The position numbers were made by a program, and so were the translations under genes. A stretch of 64,000 bases of DNA, taken from a virus. The stretch spans positions 15,618 to 79,617 of IMG/VR virus record IMGVR_UViG_3300025096_000009. One strand, 5' to 3'. How positions within the stretch are numbered: position 1 is the stretch's first letter; every line of letters starts with the position of its first letter. Below, in pieces: positions 37,191-46,868 of the stretch. The notes under the pieces are model-generated. The model worked only from the letters and a program-made list of their open reading frames with translations, did not search any database and had not been told where the DNA came from.

Positions 37191-39779
37191 TTATGCCAAT
37201 TTATTTTCTGGCAGTATGGTAGGAGCATCCTCATGTTTCTGATCTGATTTTCTGACGGCTAAACCTTTGATAAAAGGTCGTCCCTGCTTGGTGAAATGGC
37301 TTATATTTTTCATATCTAATTGGTTCTTACAGCAGTCAAGCAGTAGTGCAATAAAACGTTTTTGACCTACCGGTTTTGATCCTGTGTCCTCACAGTAAGA
37401 GCAATAGCTTGCATAGAGATGATAGCTACTATTGCAATAACGCTCCTTAGCATCTTTCGCAGCTGGTATTTTTTTACCAACGGAAGAAACGACGTCAGGA
37501 TTGTGAATTACTTCAGACTGGAGCCATTCAATTAGGTTGTTGCTATTGAGAAGAATCTCATTACGAACTCTCTTTAATGAATGTACTTTTTCGTAGGTAT
37601 CGAGGAGATATTCGCGCATCGATTCGGTCTTCATTTCCAAAACCCAGTTAACTAATCCTGGTAAATAGTTCTTCCATAAGCCTTTTACAACACCACTTTC
37701 GAGTTTGATCATCTCTTTGGCTTCAGAATTTTTATCCCATAATGACCGGTTAAACTCGACAGTTAGGCGGCGACGTGTCAGGCCAGAAGTGTTGTCGGTT
37801 GTCTGGATTGGTTCATTGGCGCAGACCATAACCATGCCTGTATAGACGAAAGGTTCACCAACATTTTTATTTTTTTCTTCAAATCTTAGATTGTCTCCTC
37901 CAGTTAGAGCTTTGAAAATTTGAGCTGATCCTCCATAACGTTCTGAGTCATTAATTAGAGTTAGCCGCTTACCTTTAATGGATGCAACTTCGAAACGACT
38001 TTGCTCTAGCTGATTCAATGTTGTACTGGCATAGTTACCATTTCCAACGAGTGCACAGCATAAATTGGCGAAGGTTGACTTTCCTCTACCACCTGGACCT
38101 ATGACTTCTAAGAATCGTTGTAGCTCATGCCCCTGACCGATCAGGCATGCCTTTAACCAAGCTCGTAGAACTTGTACCCTTTCTTCATCTCCGAACTGTG
38201 TACGCTTCAACCAGTCGATGATGGGACCGGGGGTTGCATTTGGATCATAGTCAAAATCTAATCCCCAAGTTAGGTAATGTTCGGCGTTGTGCTCGAGAAA
38301 TTCTCCAGTACTTACTTCGAGTACTCCATTACGGAAGGCGAGACGATCATCATCGTCATCCCAGTAGGTGTGAGTGATATAAGCCTGTGTCAGATTAACT
38401 ACATCGTTGAGTAAATGAGATGTAAAACCACCTGGGGTAGGGATATTTTCCCTTAAAAAGAGGTCCTGTACGAAGTGTTTGTATTCTTGTCGATAGTCTT
38501 CACGTCTCCATGTTCCTTTACTGTTCTGATAGAACATGAAGGTGTCGAATTTAGGGTCATAGCGCCAACCACATTCGATCACCATTCCAGTAACGAATTC
38601 GGCTAGTTCGGAGGCGGGTGGTGTCTTTGGTTTTCTTCTACCTTTGACAGCTTGTTCTATCTCTGAGACATCTTCTTTCGTTGGCGTACCAATTATTTCT
38701 TTTAGTGCGGTGTTTAAATCTTGGATCTGTTTTTTCTGTGGAGTTCCTTTCTCCTTAAAGAGAGCTTTAGCGCGTTGAGCTAATACTTCAGGGGAAGATT
38801 CGACAACAAAGCCACCAAATTCAACGAATCCATCTTCTTTAGCTTTTGCTCTGAGTGTTTGTAGTCCTGCACCTCCTTCTGGGTTTGGTCCACCAGGCAT
38901 TCTCTCAAAAGTTTCCCATTTTTGTTCACAGACACCGACTTCAAAGTTAGGTGCCTCAGAAGACCATTCGACCCATTCTGCTAATAAGGTTTCATCAATT
39001 TGATGTAGGGCAGCTCCTACAGTTATCCATTCTTCATAGTCAATTGCTCGTTCTGGTTTGAGGTGGTCCAGATAGACTTTAGTTTCAGCTAGTAAGTCCT
39101 CTTTCTGATATTCAGATCCGTCTTCATAGCTGATATTAACTTGTTGAGTAACAACGCCAGATGATGGAGTTTTGCGATACTTATTAGTTGGGAAACTCTT
39201 AGCAATTGCTTGATATAGCCATTCTGGTAGTTCAGGAGGATTCTTTGCATGTTCAAATCCACCATTAGTAGTAGTGTGATAGCCCTCTGTATCAGGGTGA
39301 CTACCCATAATTGCTCCCTGACGAGAGCGGAAGAGTATTTCGAATGCTGGAATATCAATCTTAATAGTTGCTTTATCTGGTAATAAGCGAATCTTTGAAG
39401 ATGGAATGCTATATAGCATCCTCTGACGTCCTGGTTTTCCAGATGAGATTGTTAAGGTTGGAGGAAATATTGCATCTAATGGAGCCCCACCTAATTTTTC
39501 AAGTTCAGGGATAGCTTCAGGTCCATCTATATCAATCCAAATAAGACCGCCTTCATTAGAGCATTGACCGCTAATTAGACCTACACCAGTTGCATTTCCG
39601 GCTTCTAGTTCTTGTTTTATGCGCTCTACAGAGTAAGGATGGGACGTCCAGCCAGCTATATAAGCTCTCTTATCTTTTAAAGGAGTCAACGGCCAATGAG
39701 CCGGAATCAGGTCGAGATTGATCTCTCCTGGCTTTAAATTGCTATCAGGTTTTTGCGGATCTGGTGAGGCGATTGGCAC
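37191..39779 (-). CDS. PrimPol-PriCT2-D5-type SF3 primase-helicase
   Basis: GLIWIDID primase motif; YEEWITVGAALH/WVEWS PriCT-2; LAFRNGVL D5_N; Walker A GPGGRGKST. Confidence 0.9.
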   Translation of the reverse strand: MPIASPDPQKPDSNLKPGEINLDLIPAHWPLTPLKDKRAYIAGWTSHPYSVERIKQELEAGNATGVGLISGQCSNEGGLIWIDIDGPEAIPELEKLGGAPLDAIFPPTLTISSGKPGRQRMLYSIPSSKIRLLPDKATIKIDIPAFEILFRSRQGAIMGSHPDTEGYHTTTNGGFEHAKNPPELPEWLYQAIAKSFPTNKYRKTPSSGVVTQQVNISYEDGSEYQKEDLLAETKVYLDHLKPERAIDYEEWITVGAALHQIDETLLAEWVEWSSEAPNFEVGVCEQKWETFERMPGGPNPEGGAGLQTLRAKAKEDGFVEFGGFVVESSPEVLAQRAKALFKEKGTPQKKQIQDLNTALKEIIGTPTKEDVSEIEQAVKGRRKPKTPPASELAEFVTGMVIECGWRYDPKFDTFMFYQNSKGTWRREDYRQEYKHFVQDLFLRENIPTPGGFTSHLLNDVVNLTQAYITHTYWDDDDDRLAFRNGVLEVSTGEFLEHNAEHYLTWGLDFDYDPNATPGPIIDWLKRTQFGDEERVQVLRAWLKACLIGQGHELQRFLEVIGPGGRGKSTFANLCCALVGNGNYASTTLNQLEQSRFEVASIKGKRLTLINDSERYGGSAQIFKALTGGDNLRFEEKNKNVGEPFVYTGMVMVCANEPIQTTDNTSGLTRRRLTVEFNRSLWDKNSEAKEMIKLESGVVKGLWKNYLPGLVNWVLEMKTESMREYLLDTYEKVHSLKRVRNEILLNSNNLIEWLQSEVIHNPDVVSSVGKKIPAAKDAKERYCNSSYHLYASYCSYCEDTGSKPVGQKRFIALLLDCCKNQLDMKNISHFTKQGRPFIKGLAVRKSDQKHEDAPTILPENKLA

Positions 39780-39893
39780 TTTGTCGTTCTTCGTATATTA
39801 GGTAATTACACCAGCAGTAGCGTAGCTCTTTTTCGCCGATGCGCTAGGTGTGCTGCATCACTAATTTATAGGGAGTGCATTTATCCTTCAATT

Positions 39894-40727
39894 TTAGGCG
39901 GCATCTCCATCTATTCCTTCCATTTCAACTTTTGCTGCTTCTTGAGCTGGAAGGATCTCGTTGTAGTACTTGTTGACTGCCTCAAGCCACTTTTGTTTGT
40001 ATTTTTCGATCGTTGTGTTTTGGATTACAAATACTTGACTGCTATCTCGTGTTGCAACGAACGTCATACACAATTCAGGTTTAAAACCAATGGTGTGTTC
40101 TAGGGCTAATGCATAAGCTGCAAGTTGTAATTGACACTTTGTATATTTCATAAATCCTGCTCGTCTCTTCCCATACTCTGCTTTAGGAGTATCGGATCCT
40201 GGCCATCTGGAGTAGTACGGCCCATTACTTGTTTTCAAATCTCCGAGTACTAATTGACCCTTATATTCAGCGACAATATCGGGTGCACCTGCCCATCCTT
40301 GTTTTTGCTCTTCATCCATCCCTGGATGCCATACACGGGAGATTCCATCGCCTCCCATTGTCCAACCATAGTCATCAGGTTTAACAGGATTCTCTGCCCA
40401 TATAACGTTCTCTAATTTATCAAGATTATCTGATAGTCCATCCCAAAATTCTGCAATTTCTGGATTATCAATTTGAGGATTTTTTTCAACGCCTAATAAA
40501 TATTCTTCCATGAGCGAGTGAACTTTTGTTCCTCTAGCTGCAGCTGCTTCTCTTCCACCAGGATTCTTTTTAGCCCATCTTTCTAAGGCTGCTTTACTTC
40601 CAGAGGTAGCTGAAAGAATTGTAGTAACAGAAGGTAGTGCTCCATAGGGAGTTTTGTAGTGTCTTGACCCACCAATTGTTACTCGAGTGTCTCCTTTGGA
40701 GCGATAATCCAAATCATTACTAGACAC
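39894..40727 (-). CDS. PD-(D/E)XK exonuclease
   Basis: LPSVTTIL; RGTKVH; AGAPDIV...LGDLKTS; QLAAY. Confidence 0.85.
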   Translation of the reverse strand: MSSNDLDYRSKGDTRVTIGGSRHYKTPYGALPSVTTILSATSGSKAALERWAKKNPGGREAAAARGTKVHSLMEEYLLGVEKNPQIDNPEIAEFWDGLSDNLDKLENVIWAENPVKPDDYGWTMGGDGISRVWHPGMDEEQKQGWAGAPDIVAEYKGQLVLGDLKTSNGPYYSRWPGSDTPKAEYGKRRAGFMKYTKCQLQLAAYALALEHTIGFKPELCMTFVATRDSSQVFVIQNTTIEKYKQKWLEAVNKYYNEILPAQEAAKVEMEGIDGDAA

Positions 40728-40782
40728 GTCGCTCGATATATAGATCTAAAGGAGAATAACCCTCCTAAATCTTGGCTATCTT

Positions 40783-40980
40783 CTATGCTCTATACATATC
40801 CTCTTCAAGTTGTAAATCAACTAGATGTTCTTTAGCTTCTTCTATGTTGTTAAAGAATTTACAGATACCTGTGTAGCAACTTAGATATCTCTCGAATGTT
40901 GTCTTTCCGCCTGTTAAAGGATAGCTATGAACTGTACCTCCTTTAGGGGTTGTTAGTAGTAGTTGTGGCATGTCATTCAT
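40783..40980 (-). CDS. Hypothetical protein
   Basis: TGATG-coupled ORF. Confidence 0.55.
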   Translation of the reverse strand: MNDMPQLLLTTPKGGTVHSYPLTGGKTTFERYLSCYTGICKFFNNIEEAKEHLVDLQLEEDMYRA

Positions 40981-41309
40981 CAGTCATGCTCCACTTCTGG
41001 TGGTCTTTCTTTTGGACCTTCTTTCGGTCCTTCTACAAAGCAGTTTTCAATGTTTTGGGCAAATTGCATACTTTGAAATTGTCCTACGTGTGCTTGTATT
41101 CTTGCATGGATGTCAAATGCTGACTTAATAGCGTCTTCTGGACTAATCATTAGCTTTGAGTTAGCAAGTAGACCGGAAGTTAAGATCGTGATTGCTAATT
41201 CCTGAGAATTAATGGTGAAAGCACGGAGAGATTTACCATTATCAGTGAAGGATGATACTAAAAAATCTAGGTGTTCCAGATTTGGATCAGGGGTGGCATG
41301 TTCGGGCAT
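40980..41309 (-). CDS. Hypothetical protein
   Basis: Tightly packed ORF. Confidence 0.55.
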   Translation of the reverse strand: MPEHATPDPNLEHLDFLVSSFTDNGKSLRAFTINSQELAITILTSGLLANSKLMISPEDAIKSAFDIHARIQAHVGQFQSMQFAQNIENCFVEGPKEGPKERPPEVEHD

Positions 41310-41311
41310 AA

Positions 41312-41554
41312 TTAGTCTTCTAAATTGCGAATGTGATATAGAGCGATGGTACTTCTTCTAATTACAGGGGTTAAGAGTCCTTCGTCTTTAAGGGCATGGA
41401 TTCGACGTTGAATAGTCCTGTGATTGCGACCAAATTTTTTAACTACTTCCGTTATAGGTATGAGCACTAAGTGATTCCCTTCGAAATCAGTGGATACTTC
41501 TAGGAGGTAGGTATGGATATCCTTGGCCAGATCATCCATGAGATTTGCCATCAT
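41312..41554 (-). CDS. Winged-HTH DNA-binding protein
   Basis: 'ITEVVKKFGRNHRTIQRRIHALKDEGLL'. Confidence 0.75.
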   Translation of the reverse strand: MMANLMDDLAKDIHTYLLEVSTDFEGNHLVLIPITEVVKKFGRNHRTIQRRIHALKDEGLLTPVIRRSTIALYHIRNLED

Positions 41555-41588
41555 TTTTTTCTCGTGTATTTTTGATTCTACGGTTGTC

Positions 41589-41816
41589 TTACTCTTCTTC
41601 TTCTGAACGTTGCTGGTACTTCAGTACGTTATTTTTAGCTGTTTGAAGATCCATGGTCCAACAGTCTTCCCAGTCATAGACTTTGCTGGGATATTTAAAG
41701 AGGACGTGGCCTGTGTTTCCATGTTTTAAACTTTTTATTTCGTAATCAGAGAATATTACTGAATCGAGGATTTCCGATGGTCCTCCTCGATAGCGGAGTT
41801 TTTTCGAATGTCTCAC
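41589..41816 (-). CDS. Hypothetical protein
   Basis: GTG-start ORF. Confidence 0.5.
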   Translation of the reverse strand: MRHSKKLRYRGGPSEILDSVIFSDYEIKSLKHGNTGHVLFKYPSKVYDWEDCWTMDLQTAKNNVLKYQQRSEEEE

Positions 41817-41858
41817 TGTTGAGCTGCAACAACAAGACTACAATATCTGGCCTAATCT

Positions 41859-42104
41859 TTACCGGTCGTAGAGATCATACTGATCTTCAAGACTTCTGTT
41901 TGACTGAGCCATTTTGATGGCTTTTTGACTAGGTCTATTAGGTGGAGTCAGATCCCACTTAGACTTTTCGTTTTTCTTTTTTGCAGAGTTCTCGATGAGG
42001 TCGTGCATTCTTTTCCTATGCGGTTCCATTGATTTTAGTAACAGTGAATGTGTAATCACCTTTAGGTTTTTTGTATCTTTATTAATAATATGGGATTGAT
42101 ACAA
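41859..42104 (-). CDS. Hypothetical protein (start probably MEPHRK)
   Basis: ORF; start uncertain. Confidence 0.4.
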   Translation of the reverse strand: MYQSHIINKDTKNLKVITHSLLLKSMEPHRKRMHDLIENSAKKKNEKSKWDLTPPNRPSQKAIKMAQSNRSLEDQYDLYDR

Positions 42105-42120
42105 GTTGCCAATTATTTCT

Positions 42121-42723
42121 TTACACTCCTTTTTTTATTCTCTTTCTCAAGCCATAAATAAGTGAGACTCTTTGGACTAGACGTGAGGATTCTGGTGCTT
42201 CTTTTGGATGATTTGATAGGACTTTTCGGATTTGATCTCGGTCTGGAAGTTCCTCTTGTTTTTGATCAAGTATTGAATTATCGATCGCTCTGGAGATTAC
42301 GGTTCTTTTGTAGAGGCTATATTTTTCTTTCTCGGTACGAGACCATTTATCGAAGTTGTCTACGAGTTTTGATTTGACTGGTCTGATTGTTGCTTGATAC
42401 TTGCTTCCAGTAGGTTTTGAGCTTATTAATTGTCTTTCATATGCCATTTTAATAATGTTAATAACATTCTTTCTTTTCTTTTTCCAGTACTCATAGGTAT
42501 TTTTGATCTCCCGAGATTCCTTTTCTAGTTGATCTAAGCATTTATCACATTCTTTAATAACACCAATAATGGCGTCAAATTTCGACTCTTCTCGAGATTT
42601 TAGAGCTTGCCAGACTTCTTCTAGCTCAGCTTTTTCTTCTTCATTTAGGTCCGGTAGTTCTAATAGGTAGTCAATTTGTTTGCCCTGTTCTAAAAGCTGT
42701 AGATAGGAGACTGGATCTGCCAT
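42121..42723 (-). CDS. Siphovirus gp157-like coiled-coil protein
   Basis: 'ESKFDAIIGVIKE...LEKE' coiled coil within the recombination cluster. Confidence 0.55.
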   Translation of the reverse strand: MADPVSYLQLLEQGKQIDYLLELPDLNEEEKAELEEVWQALKSREESKFDAIIGVIKECDKCLDQLEKESREIKNTYEYWKKKRKNVINIIKMAYERQLISSKPTGSKYQATIRPVKSKLVDNFDKWSRTEKEKYSLYKRTVISRAIDNSILDQKQEELPDRDQIRKVLSNHPKEAPESSRLVQRVSLIYGLRKRIKKGV

Positions 42724-42840
42724 CTATTTTCCTTGACCTCTATACTTCTTTTTACCTTTCCATGCATAGGAGCCTCTTTTACGTCTACCATTTCCGATAG
42801 AGGTTTTTTTAGGTACACTATCTGAGACTTTCTTAAGCAT
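42724..42840 (-). CDS. 38-aa basic 'KKYRGQG' protein (not in ORF track)
   Basis: MLKKVSDSVPKKTSIGNGRRKRGSYAWKGKKKYRGQGK. Confidence 0.7.
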   Translation of the reverse strand: MLKKVSDSVPKKTSIGNGRRKRGSYAWKGKKKYRGQGK

Positions 42841-42927
42841 TCTTTACTAAAAGATGTGCATTAATCTTAGAGTTTGTTCGGGGTATGTCAATAACCTTAG
42901 GTAGACTTAGTAATAGGTCTTTTATTT

Positions 42928-43176
42928 ATGGCATCTTTTCAGCTAATAGAACTTTCCTTTGAGCCCATCGATTTCGAACCTACTTTGGAAGATGAGTTCA
43001 CTATGAAAGCAGTCTCAAATGAGATTGAAGCGGTGGAAGATATTGAACATTTACGTACTGGCGCAATGAATTTATTAAAGATTTCAATGCATCGTCAGGC
43101 TGTTATCCGTGGCCTCTGTAGGAGGTTGGCAGAGCTAGAAACTAAGGGCGTTACTACAACACAACATAGAGATTGA
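42928..43176 (+). CDS. nblA: Second NblA-like protein
   Basis: PTLEDEFTMKAVSNEIEAVEDIEHLRTGAMNLLKISMHRQAVIRGL fits the marine-phage NblA pattern. Confidence 0.55.
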   Translation: MASFQLIELSFEPIDFEPTLEDEFTMKAVSNEIEAVEDIEHLRTGAMNLLKISMHRQAVIRGLCRRLAELETKGVTTTQHRD

Positions 43177-43313
43177 ATCCAAAAAAACAGCATAAAAAAT
43201 TGGTCAGATTAACGACCAAAGCAGAGTTATGTCTTTCTAGGAAAGAAGCAAAGAAGATTATTAGTAAAGCCGATAAGGCTCAATCTAAGTTATCTTCCTC
43301 AGTTAATCCTTGA
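43173..43313 (+). CDS. 46-aa basic protein (not in ORF track)
   Basis: TTGA overlap; 'KAELCLSRKEAKKIISKADKA'. Confidence 0.5.
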   Translation: MNPKKQHKKLVRLTTKAELCLSRKEAKKIISKADKAQSKLSSSVNP

Positions 43314-43387
43314 AGCGAAAGTCCAATTAAGCTCACGATCAAGACAGCAGCCCCTGCTCCTATGGATAGGAACAGAAGCTTTGTCAT
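43280..43387 (-). CDS. 35-aa single-TM peptide (not in ORF track)
   Basis: MTKLLFLSIGAGAAVLIVSLIGLSLQGLTEEDNLD. Confidence 0.4.
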   Translation of the reverse strand: MTKLLFLSIGAGAAVLIVSLIGLSLQGLTEEDNLD

Positions 43388-43417
43388 GACAACGTATAGA
43401 GTTGTTTCTTGAAGCAT

Positions 43418-44464
43418 TTACTTCAGGCCACCAGCGAGTGCACCGGTTTCGTCTCGTTCTCCTATGGATGGAGCAAGGATTGCTACAGTCCCTTGAGGTT
43501 GTAATGCTGGAACTCCATCAGCAATTCCATAAGCACCTGCAAGTTTTGCAGCTTCTTGTGCACTATGCTTATTAATATAATCGCTTAGAAAATCATCTTT
43601 TTGTTGTTGCCAAGCTAACTCCCAATCTTTTTTATGAAGAGTATATTTAAATACCTCTTGTTCTGCTGATTTTCTATCTGTATATTCAGGAGTCAATACA
43701 CTTTCAACGCCAGCATAAGAATATGTTTTTCCAGTTAGCTCATTTGTATCTTTGATAATTTTAAATCTAGGGCAAAAAGCATAGATAACGTGTGCTTCTT
43801 TGGAGAATTTTGCTGCAGCTCCTAGATCTTGTGCTCTGCTCATACATTTATCCATGTTGTTATAGAATTTTGTTAGAGATTCGCTAACACTGCGACTTAC
43901 TGAAGGACTAAGTGTTAGAACAATAGGAACTTCATGTGCTAATTCATTCTCTTTGGTAAGAATGTTAACTAGATATTTCCGTCTAGTACTATATTTTGAT
44001 TGTCTTGGATTGGGTTTTGCGTTAGCAGCTGCAATTTTCTCTGCGTTAAATGCGTCTTTTATAGGCTCCATACTGAGATCACCGACGGTAATATTCATGC
44101 TTCTCCCCTTATTGTTTTTAATAGAATTATCAATTACGAGTATTCCAGAGGCATGAATAATTTGGAGACGTGGAGCAACAAAGCAATGCATTGTTTCTCT
44201 ATCTCCTCCGTCGAAAATATGTACACGATTCCAATGAACCGTATTTTCTTCAAAATCGTCTTCTTTAGCAGTCCATTTACATCCTTTTAGATCTGATTCT
44301 CTAATAGCAAGATAAGCAAGGTCGTCTCTTGTATCATAAAGAGGCTGTAATGTTCCTAGACCTTGGATACCTTCTCTGTATTCTGGACTATTGAACATTG
44401 CAAAGTCGTCAAAACTGCGTGTTTCAAGAGAAGAGTTGTTTTTAGTTGTTTTAGCTGGGGTCAT
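43418..44464 (-). CDS. Hypothetical replication/recombination-cluster protein
   Basis: 348 aa next to ssb; no motif firmly recognised. Confidence 0.5.
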   Translation of the reverse strand: MTPAKTTKNNSSLETRSFDDFAMFNSPEYREGIQGLGTLQPLYDTRDDLAYLAIRESDLKGCKWTAKEDDFEENTVHWNRVHIFDGGDRETMHCFVAPRLQIIHASGILVIDNSIKNNKGRSMNITVGDLSMEPIKDAFNAEKIAAANAKPNPRQSKYSTRRKYLVNILTKENELAHEVPIVLTLSPSVSRSVSESLTKFYNNMDKCMSRAQDLGAAAKFSKEAHVIYAFCPRFKIIKDTNELTGKTYSYAGVESVLTPEYTDRKSAEQEVFKYTLHKKDWELAWQQQKDDFLSDYINKHSAQEAAKLAGAYGIADGVPALQPQGTVAILAPSIGERDETGALAGGLK

Positions 44465-44512
44465 TGCTTGGATGATTAGTGTTTGTTAAAAGGATAGCGA
44501 TGTTTGGGATTT

Positions 44513-45232
44513 TTAGAAAGGGATATCATCCTTAGGAGGATTTTTAATATCCACAGGTTTTGCAATTGCTTGTTGATGAGGTGAGTCAAAAATCTCAGCC
44601 TTATCAAAGGATGCAATTGGTGGATTCTTTTCTTCAGTCTTTTGATTCTTACCAAAGAAGGAATACTGAGCAGATCTAACTCTGATTTTGTAGTTAGTTC
44701 TTACATTGCCTTCTTTGTCAGTCCAATGATCAAATTTAAGAGTTCCTCCTAAGGACATTTGTCTACCTACAAAGAGGAATTTCTTCATACGTCCTGCATC
44801 GTCACCCCAGCTTTCAATACGGAAGCCAAGACTGTCTTGCCAATCATGCTTAAGGGTTTTCTGTTTAGGAGCTTGGCACATTAAGCCAAAGTTAAAGCAG
44901 TCTTCTCTGCGTTGTTCTCCTATAAAACCAACTCCACCTGCTAGGTGAACATGATTCAGAGTTGTGCCTTCTTTGATTATCTGTAGAGGCTGAACTGGGA
45001 CGATATACATCTTTTGATCTTCATTCGGATAAAGACGTCCATTTATTAGTACGTTTAAACCTTCTGTGAAGGCACCCGGAGCACAGCTATCTCCAGCTGC
45101 ATAACTAGGGATAACGAAGATCGGTATTATAGGAGTTTTTCCAGTACTTGGAATTTCAAAGCGCAGTGTTCGTAGACCTGACTCCATTGCGGAATCTCCG
45201 GTGTACTTGGCGCATGCATTAATAATGTTCAT
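44513..45232 (-). CDS. ssb: Single-stranded DNA-binding protein (tandem OB folds)
   Basis: 'FRIESWG..A','GTLKFDHWTDKEGNVRT' and C-terminal DDIPF. Confidence 0.85.
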   Translation of the reverse strand: MNIINACAKYTGDSAMESGLRTLRFEIPSTGKTPIIPIFVIPSYAAGDSCAPGAFTEGLNVLINGRLYPNEDQKMYIVPVQPLQIIKEGTTLNHVHLAGGVGFIGEQRREDCFNFGLMCQAPKQKTLKHDWQDSLGFRIESWGDDAGRMKKFLFVGRQMSLGGTLKFDHWTDKEGNVRTNYKIRVRSAQYSFFGKNQKTEEKNPPIASFDKAEIFDSPHQQAIAKPVDIKNPPKDDIPF

Positions 45233-45234
45233 AG

Positions 45235-45405
45235 TTAGGCAACTAGGTCAAATTTTTTTTCTAATCGAGATTGGAACTCTCTCAAGATTGCTTCAATGTT
45301 GAAGTTTGCATGATCTCGCAGATCTAGAAAACCTTCTTGGAGCGAGTTTAATTCTTCATCAGACATTTCGGAGAGTGAGTGGTGCTTTTTGGTTCGTGGT
45401 GGCAT
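45235..45405 (-). CDS. 56-aa hypothetical protein (not in ORF track)
   Basis: MPPRTKKHHSLSEMSDEELNSLQE...; stops 2 nt before the ssb start. Confidence 0.45.
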   Translation of the reverse strand: MPPRTKKHHSLSEMSDEELNSLQEGFLDLRDHANFNIEAILREFQSRLEKKFDLVA

Positions 45406-45476
45406 GAGATATTTTTGTTCATAAGGACTGTACTTGGATAATCTAAAATAAACAAGAGATATTAATTAAAAAAATA

Positions 45477-45899
45477 ATGACTGAAGGATTTAACAGGGTT
45501 GCATCTCTTTTAGACCGATTACCAGGGATGGAGGATGACAAATGGGGAAAGGTAGGACCGATTGGTACTGCACCAATTAGGAAAAGTGAAATGGAAGGTG
45601 TAGAGCCAATTGGTGTTGCACCTTTCGGTGAACGCAAGCTTCAACCAGCACATCCGGGTTTTGGATCGAACTCGATTGTAGCTCCTCAGCCATTGCCTCT
45701 TCCTTACCCCCGTCGTAAACCTGAAGGATTTCCACCTATAGGTAAAGATGGGGGTGAATGGAAAATGGAATGTCGACAGGTACCTTCATCAGGACCTTGG
45801 GGAAGAGCCCCTGGAAGAACACCTGACTTTAATCCAAGACTACCTGATTATGGTGGAGTGTTTAATCCAACGTTTAATAATGTCCAATCCAATTACTGA
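45477..45899 (+). CDS. Pro/Gly-rich disordered protein
   Basis: PIG repeats; starts MTEGFNRVASLLDRL; TAAAAT upstream. Confidence 0.55.
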   Translation: MTEGFNRVASLLDRLPGMEDDKWGKVGPIGTAPIRKSEMEGVEPIGVAPFGERKLQPAHPGFGSNSIVAPQPLPLPYPRRKPEGFPPIGKDGGEWKMECRQVPSSGPWGRAPGRTPDFNPRLPDYGGVFNPTFNNVQSNY

Positions 45900-46203
45900 T
45901 TGGTTCTTTAGAGGGCAGAATACACGTATTCCCAATGAGGCTGCTGCTAGTTTAGGCGAGCTTTTTAGGGATGATTGGGCTCAAAGAGGTAAGTTTGGAA
46001 AAGATGGATCTCAAGGTGGTTGGGATTTTACAAGAGGATTTAGACCTGGGGTATCCGCTGATGAAGGAGGATTTACATCCGGCCCAACTCCATTAGCTCG
46101 TCAAGCTGTTTTGCGAAGTTTAAATGCTGTACTTGGTCAAAATAATCCTTTAACTGATCACCCTGATCTACCACCTGGTGAAGACGATAATAGGTTTTCT
46201 TAA
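45880..46203 (+). CDS. Gly-rich small protein
   Basis: Probable ATG at 45880 (MSNPITDWFF). Confidence 0.5.
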   Translation: MSNPITDWFFRGQNTRIPNEAAASLGELFRDDWAQRGKFGKDGSQGGWDFTRGFRPGVSADEGGFTSGPTPLARQAVLRSLNAVLGQNNPLTDHPDLPPGEDDNRFS

Positions 46204-46520
46204 ATTCTCGGGATTCTATTTAAGGCTGGTGCTAAATCTCTTTCTACAATTGTCTTAGTTTTCTCTGCAATATCGTCCAAGATATTAACGTCAATATCCA
46301 TGAATGGTGGAATGATACCAAGTATGCGAAGTAGTCCATCAACAAATAGTGCTAAACAAATAAATCCCAAAATCATACTAATAATAGTGGCCTTGAAATT
46401 ATGCTCTGCCATTGAAGCTTCATCAATTGCTCTAGCTTCTTCAAGAGCAGCTGCAACCATGGCATCTACTTCACCTTTGGTGTAAAAGTCACCTATAAAA
46501 GGTATGTCGTGCTTGTCCAT
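46200..46520 (-). CDS. Cyanophage membrane protein
   Basis: 'EARAIDEASMAEHN..ATIISMILGF..LALFVDGLLRILGIIPPFM'. Confidence 0.65.
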   Translation of the reverse strand: MDKHDIPFIGDFYTKGEVDAMVAAALEEARAIDEASMAEHNFKATIISMILGFICLALFVDGLLRILGIIPPFMDIDVNILDDIAEKTKTIVERDLAPALNRIPRI

Positions 46521-46670
46521 ATTATTTCTTTATATTTTTTTGAGAACTTTTACTCATGACTTTTTTACCTCTTTAACGATAAAGTGTTGAGATGAACACA
46601 CATGATCCAGTCGAAACTTACTTTGAATGCATTTCTCATTGTTACATAGACGATGAGGAAGAAAAATGTC

Positions 46671-46868
46671 TCAACGTTTGCGTGGAGCGTCTGAAGGAGG
46701 ATCAAATCGGAGTACACCCTGTTTGATTGTCTCTGACATTTCTCTATAGCCAGTTCCAACATAAATTTGTCCAGCTACTACGGAAGCTGACATAATGCTC
46801 CAAAAGATGTAGTACCAAGAAGATTTGACTTGGTGCTTCTTTTTTTTCATTAGTGAGTCTCCATCCAA
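46671..46868 (-). CDS. Small single-TM protein
   Basis: 'WYYIFWSIMSASVVAGQIYVGTGY'. Confidence 0.55.
   Translation of the reverse strand: MDGDSLMKKKKHQVKSSWYYIFWSIMSASVVAGQIYVGTGYREMSETIKQGVLRFDPPSDAPRKR

Noticed and set aside
39894-40727. Cas4
   Set aside because: It has a PD-(D/E)XK core but not the four Fe-S cysteines, and sits in a replication context
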